From contig JAETNS010000006.1 in the NCBI GenBank assembly GCA_021772015.1, positions 82,098 through 146,097 of the forward strand: 64,000 nucleotides of DNA, read 5' to 3'. Of the stretch, positions 9,854 through 19,445 are shown one piece after another (positions within the stretch are counted from its first letter, which is position 1; every line of letters starts with the position of its first letter). Source of the stretch: Prevotellaceae bacterium. GTDB lineage: Bacteria; Bacteroidota; Bacteroidia; Bacteroidales; Muribaculaceae. The position numbers and the translations under genes are program-made. Below the pieces are notes generated by a model. It did not search any database and was not told the DNA's origin. It worked only from the letters and a program-made list of their open reading frames with translations.

Positions 9854-10222
9854 ATGGCGCGACACAATGAACTTGGGAAGTGGGGAGAGGAGCAGGTCGT
9901 GGAGAAGCTTCTTCTCGAGGGTTACACGATTGTAGAAAGGAACTGGAGGATGAACCATCTTGAAATCGACATCATTGCCACTCGCGGCGATGATATCGCG
10001 TTTGTGGAGGTGAAGACACGCGGTGACGGGGAGATGAATCCTCTCGATGCGATGACTCCAAGAAAGGTCGGCCTGCTGTGCCGGGCTGCCGAGACCTACC
10101 TTCGGATCAACAAGATAATGCTGAATCCCCGGTTTGATGTCGCCTCCGTCATTGGTGACGGCCATTCATGTGAAATCGAGTATCTTCCCAACGCCTTTCT
10201 TCCTCCATTGCGGACTTACTGA
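9854..10222 (+). CDS. yraN: YraN/UPF0102 family putative endonuclease
   Basis: 'LGKWGEE', 'ERNWR', 'EIDII', 'FVEVKTR', 'RFDV' motifs. Confidence 0.9.
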   Translation: MARHNELGKWGEEQVVEKLLLEGYTIVERNWRMNHLEIDIIATRGDDIAFVEVKTRGDGEMNPLDAMTPRKVGLLCRAAETYLRINKIMLNPRFDVASVIGDGHSCEIEYLPNAFLPPLRTY

Positions 10223-10309
10223 ATGGCTGGGTCATGAAATGAAAACGGGAGGACACCATAATTTAGCATCCTCCCGGTATTCACGTTAATTTTCTATTCC
10301 CAACCGGAA

Positions 10310-13300
10310 TTATTTCGCTTCATCGATCTGACGGAGAAGCACTCTCACTGCCTCATGGAGCTGGGCATCCTCCCCGGCAACGATCTGCTCTGGGGTATTG
10401 GCAACCTTAACATCCGGTTCAAGCAGGGTGTTTTCGAGGTAATTTCCTTCAGCCGTGCGATAGCCGATGACGGGAATTCCGAATACGAGCGACGGATCCT
10501 GGAGCGTCACCCAGTTTACCGATGTCATTGTCCCGGGAACCGGCATGCCGACCACCTTGCCTATCTTCCGGTGCTGGTATACCCAAGGAGTGCCGTGGGC
10601 GTTGCTGTAGCAAGGCTCGGCAACGAGCATCACGGAAGGCTTGTTCCATCGACGCGACGGCATGTCGCAGACATCCTTCCCACGGATCACCTGGGTCAGG
10701 TATTTCTGGCCCGTGAAAAGTTGCTCGATATCCTCATGCATACGGCCACCACCGTTCCAGCGTATGTCGATGACAACCCCCTCGCGGTTGTTGTATTTTC
10801 CAAGCAGGTCGGCATACATCGGACGGAACGACTCGTCGTTCATCGACTCGATATGGACATATCCCAACCGGCCGTCAGACCAGCGGTCGACATCGGCTGC
10901 GCGCTGTTTGATCCAGCGGCGATACATCAGGTCACTGATCTTTCCTGTCGGGCAGGGGATCACGACCTCCGAGACTTTCTCGCCGGAGGGTGTTGTGAAC
11001 GCCACAAGGGTTTTCTTTCCGGCGATATTGTTAAACAACTCCCCAAGATCGGTACCTGCATCAATCGCATGGCCATTGACAGCGGTCACGACCGCACCCT
11101 TCCCGATTTTCGAGGAAGCCTTGTCGAACGGGCCGTTGGCCAGAACCTCGTCGACTTTCAGTCCGTCGCCACGGTAATTCATGTCATAAAGCAGTCCCAG
11201 CGAGGCGGTACGATCAGAGGAGGAAGCATTGCCGGATCCGTAATAACGGCCGCCGGTATGGGAAACATTCAGCTCTCCAAGAAGCTCGCTCAGCATTTCG
11301 GCGAAATCATAGTTGTTGTTGATATGCGGCAGGAACTTACGGTATGCGGCTGTCATTGCGGGCCAGTCTATGCCATGCATACCGGTGTCATAGAATCGTT
11401 CCCCCTCCTCGACAGCGACATAATCGAACATCGCCTCCCGTTCGGCGGCGAGATCCACGTCATGGGTGGCAGATACCTTTATAGGGGTCAGCTTGTCACC
11501 CTTGTCGAGTTTCTTCATATCACGGCCTATGACGAACAGCTGTTTGCCCGATTTGTCGGCCTGGAGCGAAGCACCCGCGCTGCCCATTTTGGCGGCCAGT
11601 TTAGGCTCGCGCTTGCGCAGGGGGAGTTTCCAGAGGTCATATCCATCCTCTACCTCACAAAGGAAATACAAAGTCTCACCATCTGCGGTCACGATCGCAT
11701 CGGCCAGTGAGGAGCTGAAAGGAGTCAGACGCATCACACGGTCTTCTATGCCGTCAAGTTCGACAACGATATTCTTCGTGTCATCCTTCTTGTCTGCGTC
11801 ATCATTCTTCCCTTTCTTACCCTTCTTGTCGGCTTTCGCGTCATCCCCTTCCGATTTCTTGGATGCCTTCTTTTCCTGCTCTTTCAAAAGAGCGTAATCC
11901 TCCTCCGAAAGCATGAAACGGTCACGGGCCTCACGGTTCAGGAAGACGATCATGATATCATCCTGCGATCCCCATGAAGCCTGGGCGCGCAATCCGTATT
12001 GCTCGGTAAAGTATATTATGGCATTACCGTCAAGCACGAAGCGAGGATTAGCCTCCATATAGCCGGTATTGGTAAGGTTTGTGACCTTACCTGTCTCCAC
12101 CTCCACAAGGCCGATATCTCCATAAGGATCGCGCATGTCGGGAATGATCTCCATTGTCAACCACCGCGAGTCGGGGCTCCACTCGAAAGCCATGCCGTCA
12201 TCCTTTCCCGGGTATGTCTCCCCGGCGGTTATCTGCCGGTCGGTGCCGGAGGTAAGATCACGGATCCACAGTTGGTTGCGGTTCTTTACATAAGCCAGTT
12301 TCTTCCCGTCGGGCGAAACCGTCGGATGGGAGTACTCGGTCGCTTCACCTTTTCCGGAATATTCAGGAAAGACCGCCTCTTCTGTGAACTCCACAGCGTT
12401 GGGGAAGTCGGGGTCATCCTTGCGGGCGATCTTTGCGCGGAAGATATTCTTGCGGCCCGAACGTTCGGAGGTGTAATACAGCGACCGGTTGTCACTTCCC
12501 CATGAGAGGTGGCGTTCTGCCTGTGGTGTACGCGTCACCTGGACAGTGGTGGGATATTCCACCGATGTCACGAACACATCTCCACGGTTGAGGAAAGCTA
12601 CCATCTCACTGTTGGGAGACACCACTCCTCCCGAGGGCTTGACAGACAGACGGGCGGGACGAGCGGTGTCATCGGTAGCCAAAGTTATCTCAACCTTCTG
12701 CGGCACGGCCGCCCCACGGGCCGCGCGCCCCGGCATCGTGTAGATCTCACCGTCATAGGTGAATGCGAGTGTCCCGTTGTTCGCCCGTGAAAGGAAGCGG
12801 ACAGGATGGGTCTTGAAATCGGTCAGTTTCCTGGCCTGCGAGGGATCGTTGAGTGGGAAAGAATAGACATTGAATGTCCCTCCGTCACGCTCCGACAGGA
12901 AATAGACCGTCTCGGTCACAGCGTCAAGGACCGGATTGCGGTCCTCTCCCGCCCGATCTGTCAGGTTTCGGTGCTTTCCGTCTGCCGGGGTATACAGCCA
13001 GATGTCACGGGTCACGGAAGAGGTATGGTGTTTGCGCCACTCATCCTCAAACCCCTTGACATCCTGATACAGCATCTTGTCGCCGTCGGGAGAGAAGGAG
13101 AGCATTTTGGCGGGAGTGGCCAGCACCTGACGGGATTTACCCGTCTCTATATCCACCGCATACAGCTGGGTCATGCGCCCCGACGGATACATCACCGACG
13201 AAGCCGGAGCCTGGATCGCAGCTGAATAATAAACCTCCTTGCCGTCAGGGGAGAAACCCTCCGGGGTCTCGGCCGCGGAATTGGAAGTCAGCCGTCTGGG

Positions 13301-13639
13301 AGTCCCCCCCTTGGCATCCATGACATATATGTCCGGATTACCGTTGCGGTCGGAAGAGAACGCGATCCTCTTTCCGTCGGGGCTCCATACCGGCGAAGCC
13401 TCGTAAGTCTCCCTGACGGTCAGCTGCCGAGCCTCCCCTCCGTTGACAGGCACGGTCCATATGTCCCCCTTGTAAGTGAACGCGATCAGGTCGCCATTCG
13501 GTGAGATCTGCACATCGCGCAACCACAGCGGAGCTCCGTCAGGAGCCACACCGAGGCCGTTACCGGGAGCCTGCGCCCATCCGGCACCTCCCCCCAACGC
13601 GGCCGCCACGGCCGCGGTCAGAAATATCTTGTTCAGCAT
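10310..13639 (-). CDS. Tricorn-like S41 family peptidase (PD40 propellers, PDZ, protease core)
   Basis: Signal peptide, repeated 'WSPDGK' PD40 motifs, 'IDIRWNGGG' and 'YSNAH' catalytic region. Confidence 0.9.
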   Translation of the reverse strand: MLNKIFLTAAVAAALGGGAGWAQAPGNGLGVAPDGAPLWLRDVQISPNGDLIAFTYKGDIWTVPVNGGEARQLTVRETYEASPVWSPDGKRIAFSSDRNGNPDIYVMDAKGGTPRRLTSNSAAETPEGFSPDGKEVYYSAAIQAPASSVMYPSGRMTQLYAVDIETGKSRQVLATPAKMLSFSPDGDKMLYQDVKGFEDEWRKHHTSSVTRDIWLYTPADGKHRNLTDRAGEDRNPVLDAVTETVYFLSERDGGTFNVYSFPLNDPSQARKLTDFKTHPVRFLSRANNGTLAFTYDGEIYTMPGRAARGAAVPQKVEITLATDDTARPARLSVKPSGGVVSPNSEMVAFLNRGDVFVTSVEYPTTVQVTRTPQAERHLSWGSDNRSLYYTSERSGRKNIFRAKIARKDDPDFPNAVEFTEEAVFPEYSGKGEATEYSHPTVSPDGKKLAYVKNRNQLWIRDLTSGTDRQITAGETYPGKDDGMAFEWSPDSRWLTMEIIPDMRDPYGDIGLVEVETGKVTNLTNTGYMEANPRFVLDGNAIIYFTEQYGLRAQASWGSQDDIMIVFLNREARDRFMLSEEDYALLKEQEKKASKKSEGDDAKADKKGKKGKNDDADKKDDTKNIVVELDGIEDRVMRLTPFSSSLADAIVTADGETLYFLCEVEDGYDLWKLPLRKREPKLAAKMGSAGASLQADKSGKQLFVIGRDMKKLDKGDKLTPIKVSATHDVDLAAEREAMFDYVAVEEGERFYDTGMHGIDWPAMTAAYRKFLPHINNNYDFAEMLSELLGELNVSHTGGRYYGSGNASSSDRTASLGLLYDMNYRGDGLKVDEVLANGPFDKASSKIGKGAVVTAVNGHAIDAGTDLGELFNNIAGKKTLVAFTTPSGEKVSEVVIPCPTGKISDLMYRRWIKQRAADVDRWSDGRLGYVHIESMNDESFRPMYADLLGKYNNREGVVIDIRWNGGGRMHEDIEQLFTGQKYLTQVIRGKDVCDMPSRRWNKPSVMLVAEPCYSNAHGTPWVYQHRKIGKVVGMPVPGTMTSVNWVTLQDPSLVFGIPVIGYRTAEGNYLENTLLEPDVKVANTPEQIVAGEDAQLHEAVRVLLRQIDEAK

Positions 13640-13710
13640 AAAGTGAAAAAATTAGCGTTTTGAACTCCCAAAGATAGCGAAATCCCCCGAATTTTCCTTA
13701 ATTTTGACAT

Positions 13711-14949
13711 ATGAAAAATATCGTTTCTGTTTTACAGAGGGACTTTAGCAGCGAATCAACGCGGGCGTGGATGATAGGTCTCGCCATCATAGCCACCGGC
13801 TGGATGACGGTTTTCGGCTGCACTTCGGCGTTGGTGGGGATGGAGCGGGGAGCGGACGGGAGATGGTTGCTGTGGAAACATAGGGATTCGGGGCATCCTG
13901 ACAATTATGTCCGTTGTTTCGCCGCGACAGACTCGACTATGGCGTATGTGGGACTGTTCAATGCCGCCGACACTGCTGCGTCGGAGGTCTGGACCGGATT
14001 CAATGAGGCAGGATTCGCCGTGATGAACACTGCGAGTTATAATATTCCCGCGCCAAGCAAGGACTGGCAGGACCGGGAAGGATTGCTGATGACTGACGCG
14101 CTCCGTAATTGCCGGTCGCTAAACGATTTCCACCGGATGCTGATTGATTTCCCCGGCAAACGCGGTGTTCAGGCCAATTTCGGAGCGTTCGACGCAGAGG
14201 GTCATGGAGCTTATTTTGAGGTATCTGACCGTCATGTGGATGTCTTTCCTATTGACTCCATATCGGCGATCTCTCTTGGTGTCAGGATGCCGGTTCATCA
14301 GGCGCCAACCGATATTTCAGGGATAATCACCCGGACAAATTATTCTTTTTCGGGAGGCAAAAGCAAACGGCTCGGTGTATCGCGCCACCATGCCGAACGT
14401 CATCTTCTCGACTCACTGATCACGGTTCGTCGTCCGTGGGCAGACCCCGGCAAAATCGCTGCAGAGGATTTGATAGAAGTGCTGTCGCGATCACTTTATC
14501 TTCCGGCCAAAGGGATTGACCTACTCGACGGGAGGACATCAAGATTCCCTGACACAGGGGATGCCATTACGCGCCGCAGTTCCTGCGCATCAGTCGTCAT
14601 CGAAGGACCGCTTCCCGGCGAAAACCCGGCAAAGACCGTCATAATGTGGACCGCGATCGGCTCCCCGGCACTCTCTGTCATGGAGGCCGTCACCCTCGAC
14701 TCTGTTCCCGCCGGACTCCTCCCCTCTCCTGCCCGCAATTTCCACTCCTCTATCTGCGACAGTGTCAATATCCTGCGTGACAAAGCATTCCTCCCCTCCA
14801 AAGCCCCCGCAAAGCGCGGCGGTAAACGCACCTATGATTTCAACCTCCCCTTCCTCCGCGACAACATCACGTCACGTCGTGTCCTCTCCCTCGGCAAATA
14901 CGCCGCGCCCCGCAATCGCCGCGCCAACGCCAAACCTATCAGTCATTAA
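13711..14949 (+). CDS. Exported Ntn-hydrolase (C45/C69-like) protein
   Basis: A hydrophobic leader is followed by 'GCTSALV...LLWKHRDSG' (putative N-terminal Cys nucleophile), plus 'GFNEAGFAVMNT' and 'ANFG'. Confidence 0.6.
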   Translation: MKNIVSVLQRDFSSESTRAWMIGLAIIATGWMTVFGCTSALVGMERGADGRWLLWKHRDSGHPDNYVRCFAATDSTMAYVGLFNAADTAASEVWTGFNEAGFAVMNTASYNIPAPSKDWQDREGLLMTDALRNCRSLNDFHRMLIDFPGKRGVQANFGAFDAEGHGAYFEVSDRHVDVFPIDSISAISLGVRMPVHQAPTDISGIITRTNYSFSGGKSKRLGVSRHHAERHLLDSLITVRRPWADPGKIAAEDLIEVLSRSLYLPAKGIDLLDGRTSRFPDTGDAITRRSSCASVVIEGPLPGENPAKTVIMWTAIGSPALSVMEAVTLDSVPAGLLPSPARNFHSSICDSVNILRDKAFLPSKAPAKRGGKRTYDFNLPFLRDNITSRRVLSLGKYAAPRNRRANAKPISH

Positions 14950-15031
14950 TATATTTTTCGTTCAGCGAAAATTCTTTCGCGGGAGGAAGGATTGGCGGGG
15001 AATTTTTCTTGTGATTATCGGAATTATGTCG

Positions 15032-15039
15032 TAATTTTG
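15032..15039 (+). promoter_or_regulatory. Bacteroidetes -7 promoter element
   Basis: TAATTTTG directly upstream of a hairpin-rich region. Confidence 0.5.
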
Positions 15040-15441
15040 CAGAGAAGCCGCCATCGGAAGCCCCGGCCGGGGAAGAGAGGCGGGTCTGTACATACATAAA
15101 TGCCGGAGGGCATTTATCACATTATCAACGAAATGCGTTTACATTAGTTTCTATTCCTGACCAATTGAAATCTGGCAGTTTCAACGTTCCCAGTCAGAAA
15201 TCAGACAACCGTAGATGCCGCATGGATGTGAACCTACATGTCCGGGACTTGGCGCGAGAGCGCCGAGCCCCCGGACATAGATTCATATTTTGCGTGAGGG
15301 CTTCCGGTTGTCCGTTTTACTGGGAAAGGCGATGCCAGAGCCTCAATTGGTGGGACGGACAGCGAGTAAGTTTCCCCACGCATTTCTTTTTCCGGCACTA
15401 ATCATGACATAAGGGGGATATGTCACCCACACATCGTAATC

Positions 15442-15720
15442 ATGGCATTAGAAGATTTTGACAACCGCCTTCTCATAGGATCATCCATCGTGATTATTCT
15501 GACGTTTCTATTTTTATTCCTTCCAATGGATGCCAATGATCTTGAGGTATTTACATTTTCAGATATCTGGAATGAGGTTGACAAAGCAGTACTATCGGTA
15601 TTCAGCTCCTGGAGTCATGCTGCCATGATGATACTTTGCTGCGTAACCGAAATATGCGCCTGTCTCCTGGGATTTGCATCCTCCTTACTCTTCTTGATTT
15701 TCGCATATGGGATGAATTGA
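15442..15720 (+). CDS. Small hypothetical membrane protein
   Basis: 92-aa ORF with two hydrophobic segments. Confidence 0.45.
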   Translation: MALEDFDNRLLIGSSIVIILTFLFLFLPMDANDLEVFTFSDIWNEVDKAVLSVFSSWSHAAMMILCCVTEICACLLGFASSLLFLIFAYGMN

Positions 15721-15721
15721 T

Positions 15722-15729
15722 TAACTTTG
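15722..15729 (+). promoter_or_regulatory. Bacteroidetes -7 promoter element for the sugE-nim operon
   Basis: TAACTTTG ~60 nt upstream of the sugE ATG. Confidence 0.55.
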
Positions 15730-15791
15730 CACAGCCTTAGAAGGAGACGCCGGGATATTGCTGCAGCCCTCAAACAGGTTCGGATTCAGTT

Positions 15792-16115
15792 ATGAATTGG
15801 ATAATTCTAATTGTCGCCGGCTTCTGCGAGGTCGGCTTCACCTACTGCCTCGGAAGGGCAAAGTCTGTTGACGGCATCTCCTGGTGGGGATGGATTGCCG
15901 GATTTCTCGTTTTCACGATCATCAGTATGGGATTGTTGGCAAAAGCCACACAAAGTTTGCCGATAGGCACCGCCTACGCCGTATGGACAGGGATAGGGGC
16001 GGTTGGCACCGTCTTGGTCGGCATATTTTTCTTTCACGAGCCGGCGACATTCTGGCGGTTGTTTTTCATCTTCACATTGATCTCATCAATCATCGGACTC
16101 AAAATCGTATCGTAA
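15792..16115 (+). CDS. sugE: SMR family efflux transporter (SugE/Gdx-like)
   Basis: 107 aa, four TM helices, 'AGFCEV' Glu in TM1, 'LPIGTAYAVWTGIGAVG'. Confidence 0.9.
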   Translation: MNWIILIVAGFCEVGFTYCLGRAKSVDGISWWGWIAGFLVFTIISMGLLAKATQSLPIGTAYAVWTGIGAVGTVLVGIFFFHEPATFWRLFFIFTLISSIIGLKIVS

Positions 16116-16117
16116 CC

Positions 16118-16615
16118 ATGGAATTTAGAAAAATGCGGCGTTTCCGCCAGGAACTGTCAAAAACGGAATGCGAGACCATATTGACAAACGCCACATCCGG
16201 CACACTCGCATTGCTCGGAGACAACGGTTATCCATATGCGGTTCCACTCAGCCATGTGTATGTTAATGGCAGACTGTATTTCCACAGTGCTGTCACAGGT
16301 CACAAAATCGATGCCATAATGAAGTGTGACAAGGCTTCATTCTGCGTCATCGCTGCCGATGATGTACAACCGTCGAAATTCACGACCTATTTCAAGAGCG
16401 TGATTGCGTTCGGACGCATCCGCATAGCGGATGTGGAAGAAGAAAGACTATATGCGGCGACATTGCTTGGAGAGAAATTCAACCCCGGCGACAGAGAGGG
16501 GTTGCAAAAAGAATTAGATCGATTCTTATCGCATATGCTTGTTCTCCGCATGGATATCGAATATATGTCGGGCAAGGAGGCAATCGAGCTTAAAAACAAA
16601 CGGCGTGATCTATAG
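16118..16615 (+). CDS. Pyridoxamine 5'-phosphate oxidase-like / Nim-family nitroimidazole reductase-like protein
   Basis: 'MRRFRQELS', 'GYPYAVPLS', 'LYFHSAVTGHKIDAI', 'FTTYFKSVIAFG'. The ATG lies 2 nt after the sugE stop. Confidence 0.8.
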   Translation: MEFRKMRRFRQELSKTECETILTNATSGTLALLGDNGYPYAVPLSHVYVNGRLYFHSAVTGHKIDAIMKCDKASFCVIAADDVQPSKFTTYFKSVIAFGRIRIADVEEERLYAATLLGEKFNPGDREGLQKELDRFLSHMLVLRMDIEYMSGKEAIELKNKRRDL

Positions 16616-16626
16616 ATTTACCGGCG

Positions 16627-16671
16627 TTACAAAAAGAAGAGACCGCATGTTGCGGTCTCTTCTTTTTGTAA
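16627..16671. terminator. Bidirectional terminator between the nim-like gene and fba
   Basis: Perfect IR TTACAAAAAGAAGAGACCGCA / TGCGGTCTCTTCTTTTTGTAA. Confidence 0.85.
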
Positions 16672-16714
16672 ACGCGGAGTCAGCAATGACTCGCGCGGAT
16701 ATGTCTTGCAGGGA

Positions 16715-17713
16715 TTATTCAGCCTTGCCGTCAGAACCGAGGACGTTGACGATCTTGTGCTTGTAGAGCTTCTCCATCTCGTCGCGGGCCGGGCCGAGGT
16801 ATTTACGGGGATCGAATTCACCGGGCTTGTCATTGAAGACCTTGCGGACAGCGGCGGTCATGGCCAGACGGGAATCGGAGTCGATGTTGATCTTGCAGAC
16901 AGCGCTCTTGGCAGCCTTGCGGAGTTCCTCTTCGGGAATACCGATAGCATCGGGGAGCTTGCCGCCGTTCTCGTTGATCATGTCGACATATTCCTGGGGC
17001 ACGGAGCTTGAGCCGTGGAGCACGATGGGGAAGCCGGGGAGTTTCTCCATGACAGCGTCGAGGACGTTGAATGCCAGGGGAGGAGGAACGAGCTTGCCGT
17101 CAGCGTTGCGGGTGCACTGCTCGGGGGTGAACTTGTATGCGCCGTGGCTGGTACCGATCGAGATAGCGAGGGAGTCGCAACCTGTGCGGGTGGCGAAGTC
17201 GATAACCTCTTCGGGGTCGGTGTAGGTGTGGTGGTCGGAGGAAACCTCATCCTCCACGCCGGCGAGAACGCCGAGCTCACCTTCAACGGTAACGTCATAC
17301 TGGTGGGCGTAGTCGACAACCTGCTTTGTCAGGGCGACATTCTCCTCATAGGGAAGATGGCTGCCGTCGATCATGACGGAGGAGAAGCCATTGTCGATAC
17401 AGCTCTTGCAAAGCTCGAAGCTGTCACCGTGATCGAGGTGAAGCACGATCTGGGGATGCTCCCAGCCAAGCTCCTTGGCGTAGGCTACCGCGCCCTGGGC
17501 CATATAGCGGAGCAGGGTTGCGTTGGCATAGTTGCGCGCGCCCTTCGAAACCTGAAGGATCACGGGAGATTTCTCCTCGGCAGCGGCCTTGATGATGGCC
17601 TGGAGCTGCTCCATGTTGTTGAAGTTGAAAGCGGGGATTGCATAACCGCCCTTGATGGCCTTGGCAAACATCTCACGGGTGTTGACCAAGCCTAATTCTT
17701 TGTAGCTTACCAT
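16715..17713 (-). CDS. fba: Class II fructose-1,6-bisphosphate aldolase
   Basis: 'LHLDHG', 'SSVMIDGS', 'VEGELG', 'IGTSHGAYK', 'VLHGSS', 'KINIDSD'. Confidence 0.97.
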   Translation of the reverse strand: MVSYKELGLVNTREMFAKAIKGGYAIPAFNFNNMEQLQAIIKAAAEEKSPVILQVSKGARNYANATLLRYMAQGAVAYAKELGWEHPQIVLHLDHGDSFELCKSCIDNGFSSVMIDGSHLPYEENVALTKQVVDYAHQYDVTVEGELGVLAGVEDEVSSDHHTYTDPEEVIDFATRTGCDSLAISIGTSHGAYKFTPEQCTRNADGKLVPPPLAFNVLDAVMEKLPGFPIVLHGSSSVPQEYVDMINENGGKLPDAIGIPEEELRKAAKSAVCKINIDSDSRLAMTAAVRKVFNDKPGEFDPRKYLGPARDEMEKLYKHKIVNVLGSDGKAE

Positions 17714-17837
17714 GTTGAATAAACCGGATTATTTGTGTTTGGGTTTCTGGGGGCAAATTTACGAAATTTTCTTCATACCCTCTCCAAATATTCAACAAAA
17801 AATGGGTAACTTTGCTGTCTGAAAAAAAGTTAGCGAT

Positions 17838-18929
17838 ATGCAAAAAGTGATACTCACGGGCGACCGCCCGACCGGCCGCCTCCATCTCGGCCATTTCGTT
17901 GGATCTCTGCGCCGCCGCGTGGAGTTGCAGGATTCCGGGTGCTTCGACAAGATCTTCATCATGATCGCCGACGCTCAGGCCCTGACCGACAACGCCGACA
18001 ACCCCGAGAAAGTGCGCCAGAACGTGATCGAGGTCGCCCTCGACTATCTGTCAGTCGGGCTCGACCCCTCGAAATCAGTGATTTTCGTCCAGACCCATGT
18101 CCCCGAGCTGACCGAACTGGCCTTCTATTACATGAATCTCGTCACCGTCTCGCGTGTACAACGCAACCCGACGGTCAAGACCGAGATAAAGATGCGCAAT
18201 TTCGAGCAGAGCATACCAGTAGGATTCTTCTGCTATCCTGTCAGCCAGGCATCCGACATCACCGCATTCAAGGCCACTACGGTTCCTGTGGGTGAAGACC
18301 AGGCTCCCATGATCGAGCTGACCCGCGAGATCGTCAACCGCTTCAACAACGTCTACGGCGAGACCCTCGTCGAGCCGGAAATACTGCTGCCCGACAACGC
18401 CGCCTGCCTGCGCCTGCCCGGCACCGACGGGAAGGCCAAGATGAGCAAATCGCTCGGCAACTGCATCTATCTCAGCGACTCCCCCAAAGAGGTTGCCAAG
18501 AAGGTGAAAAGCATGTACACCGACCCCGAGCACCTTACAGTTGATTCCCCCGGCCATCTCGAAGGGAACTGCCCGTTCATCTACCTTGACGCGTTCTGCA
18601 CAGACGAGCATTTCGCCAAGTATCTCCCCGAATACAAGAACCTCCAGGAGCTTAAGGACCACTATACCCGTGGCGGACTCGGAGACGGCACCGTCAAGAA
18701 GCTCCTGATCAATGTGCTTGAAGAGATCCTCGCCCCAATACGTGAACGCCGCAAGCAATGGGAGCAGAACATACCAGGAGTCTACGAGATACTGAAATCG
18801 GGTTCGGAGAAAGCCCGCATGGAAGCCGCCGACACCCTTGACAAGGTGCGCGCCGCCATGAAGATCAATTATTTTGACGACGCGGCTCTGATCGCCGAGC
18901 AGGCTGCCCGCTATCGCGCCGCAAAATAA
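17838..18929 (+). CDS. trpS: Tryptophan--tRNA ligase
   Basis: '[13 protein letters not shown]' (HIGH-like), 'VPVGEDQ', 'KMSKS'. Confidence 0.97.
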   Translation: MQKVILTGDRPTGRLHLGHFVGSLRRRVELQDSGCFDKIFIMIADAQALTDNADNPEKVRQNVIEVALDYLSVGLDPSKSVIFVQTHVPELTELAFYYMNLVTVSRVQRNPTVKTEIKMRNFEQSIPVGFFCYPVSQASDITAFKATTVPVGEDQAPMIELTREIVNRFNNVYGETLVEPEILLPDNAACLRLPGTDGKAKMSKSLGNCIYLSDSPKEVAKKVKSMYTDPEHLTVDSPGHLEGNCPFIYLDAFCTDEHFAKYLPEYKNLQELKDHYTRGGLGDGTVKKLLINVLEEILAPIRERRKQWEQNIPGVYEILKSGSEKARMEAADTLDKVRAAMKINYFDDAALIAEQAARYRAAK

Positions 18930-18961
18930 GCCCGCGCGACGGTCCCGACATCCACGAAATC

Positions 18962-19327
18962 ATGAGCCACTCCTACGACAGCGTACTCAAAGAGGCAGGA
19001 ATCCCCTGGGCAGAGGAGATGAACTGCGCCGTGACTGTCTGCGAAACAGACGGCATTATCCTGTACATGAACAGCAAAGCCCGTGAGACCTTCGCCGCCC
19101 ACGGCGATCTCATCGGCAAGAACCTGTTCGATTGCCATTCCCCGGAATCAGCGGCCAAAATCCGCCACATGCTCGCATCCGGGGAAAGCAACTCATACAC
19201 AATCTCCAAGCAAGGCATGCGCAAGATGATCTACCAGACCCCTTGGCGCAAGGATGGATCAATCGCCGGCATGGTCGAGATCTCGATGGTCATCCCGGAG
19301 GAAATGCCCCACTATGTAAGATCATAG
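18962..19327 (+). CDS. Stand-alone PAS domain protein
   Basis: 'AVTVCETDGIILYMN...LIGKNLFDCH' is a PAS-like signature. Confidence 0.75.
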   Translation: MSHSYDSVLKEAGIPWAEEMNCAVTVCETDGIILYMNSKARETFAAHGDLIGKNLFDCHSPESAAKIRHMLASGESNSYTISKQGMRKMIYQTPWRKDGSIAGMVEISMVIPEEMPHYVRS

Positions 19328-19384
19328 ATGGCTACCACCACAGATCACATTGATTCCTAAACGGAACAATTAGATTTTTTGTCT

Positions 19385-19445
19385 CGCAGATTACGCGGAT
19401 CACGCAGATCACCCATACGAATGGAATCTGCGTGATCCGCGTAAT
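19385..19445. repeat. Palindrome built from 9-nt tandem units
   Basis: Perfect 20-bp IR ATTACGCGGATCACGCAGAT (19390-19409) / ATCTGCGTGATCCGCGTAAT (19426-19445). The left arm is CGCAGATTA-CGCGGATCA-CGCAGATCA. Confidence 0.8.

Noticed and set aside
10355-11710. 451-aa plus-strand ORF and other long ORFs opposite tricorn
   Set aside because: Shadow ORFs arising from GC-rich codon bias of the real gene, with no domain signatures.
15319-15340. ACTGGGAAAGGCG resembling part of a cobalamin riboswitch
   Set aside because: The upstream GGGAA..CGGTG...CCC and downstream AGACCTGCC elements are absent.
15165-15401. 78-aa ORF
   Set aside because: It has non-protein-like composition and overlaps strong hairpins, so it is unsupported as a CDS.
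17015-17695. 226-aa plus-strand ORF
   Set aside because: Antisense shadow of fba.
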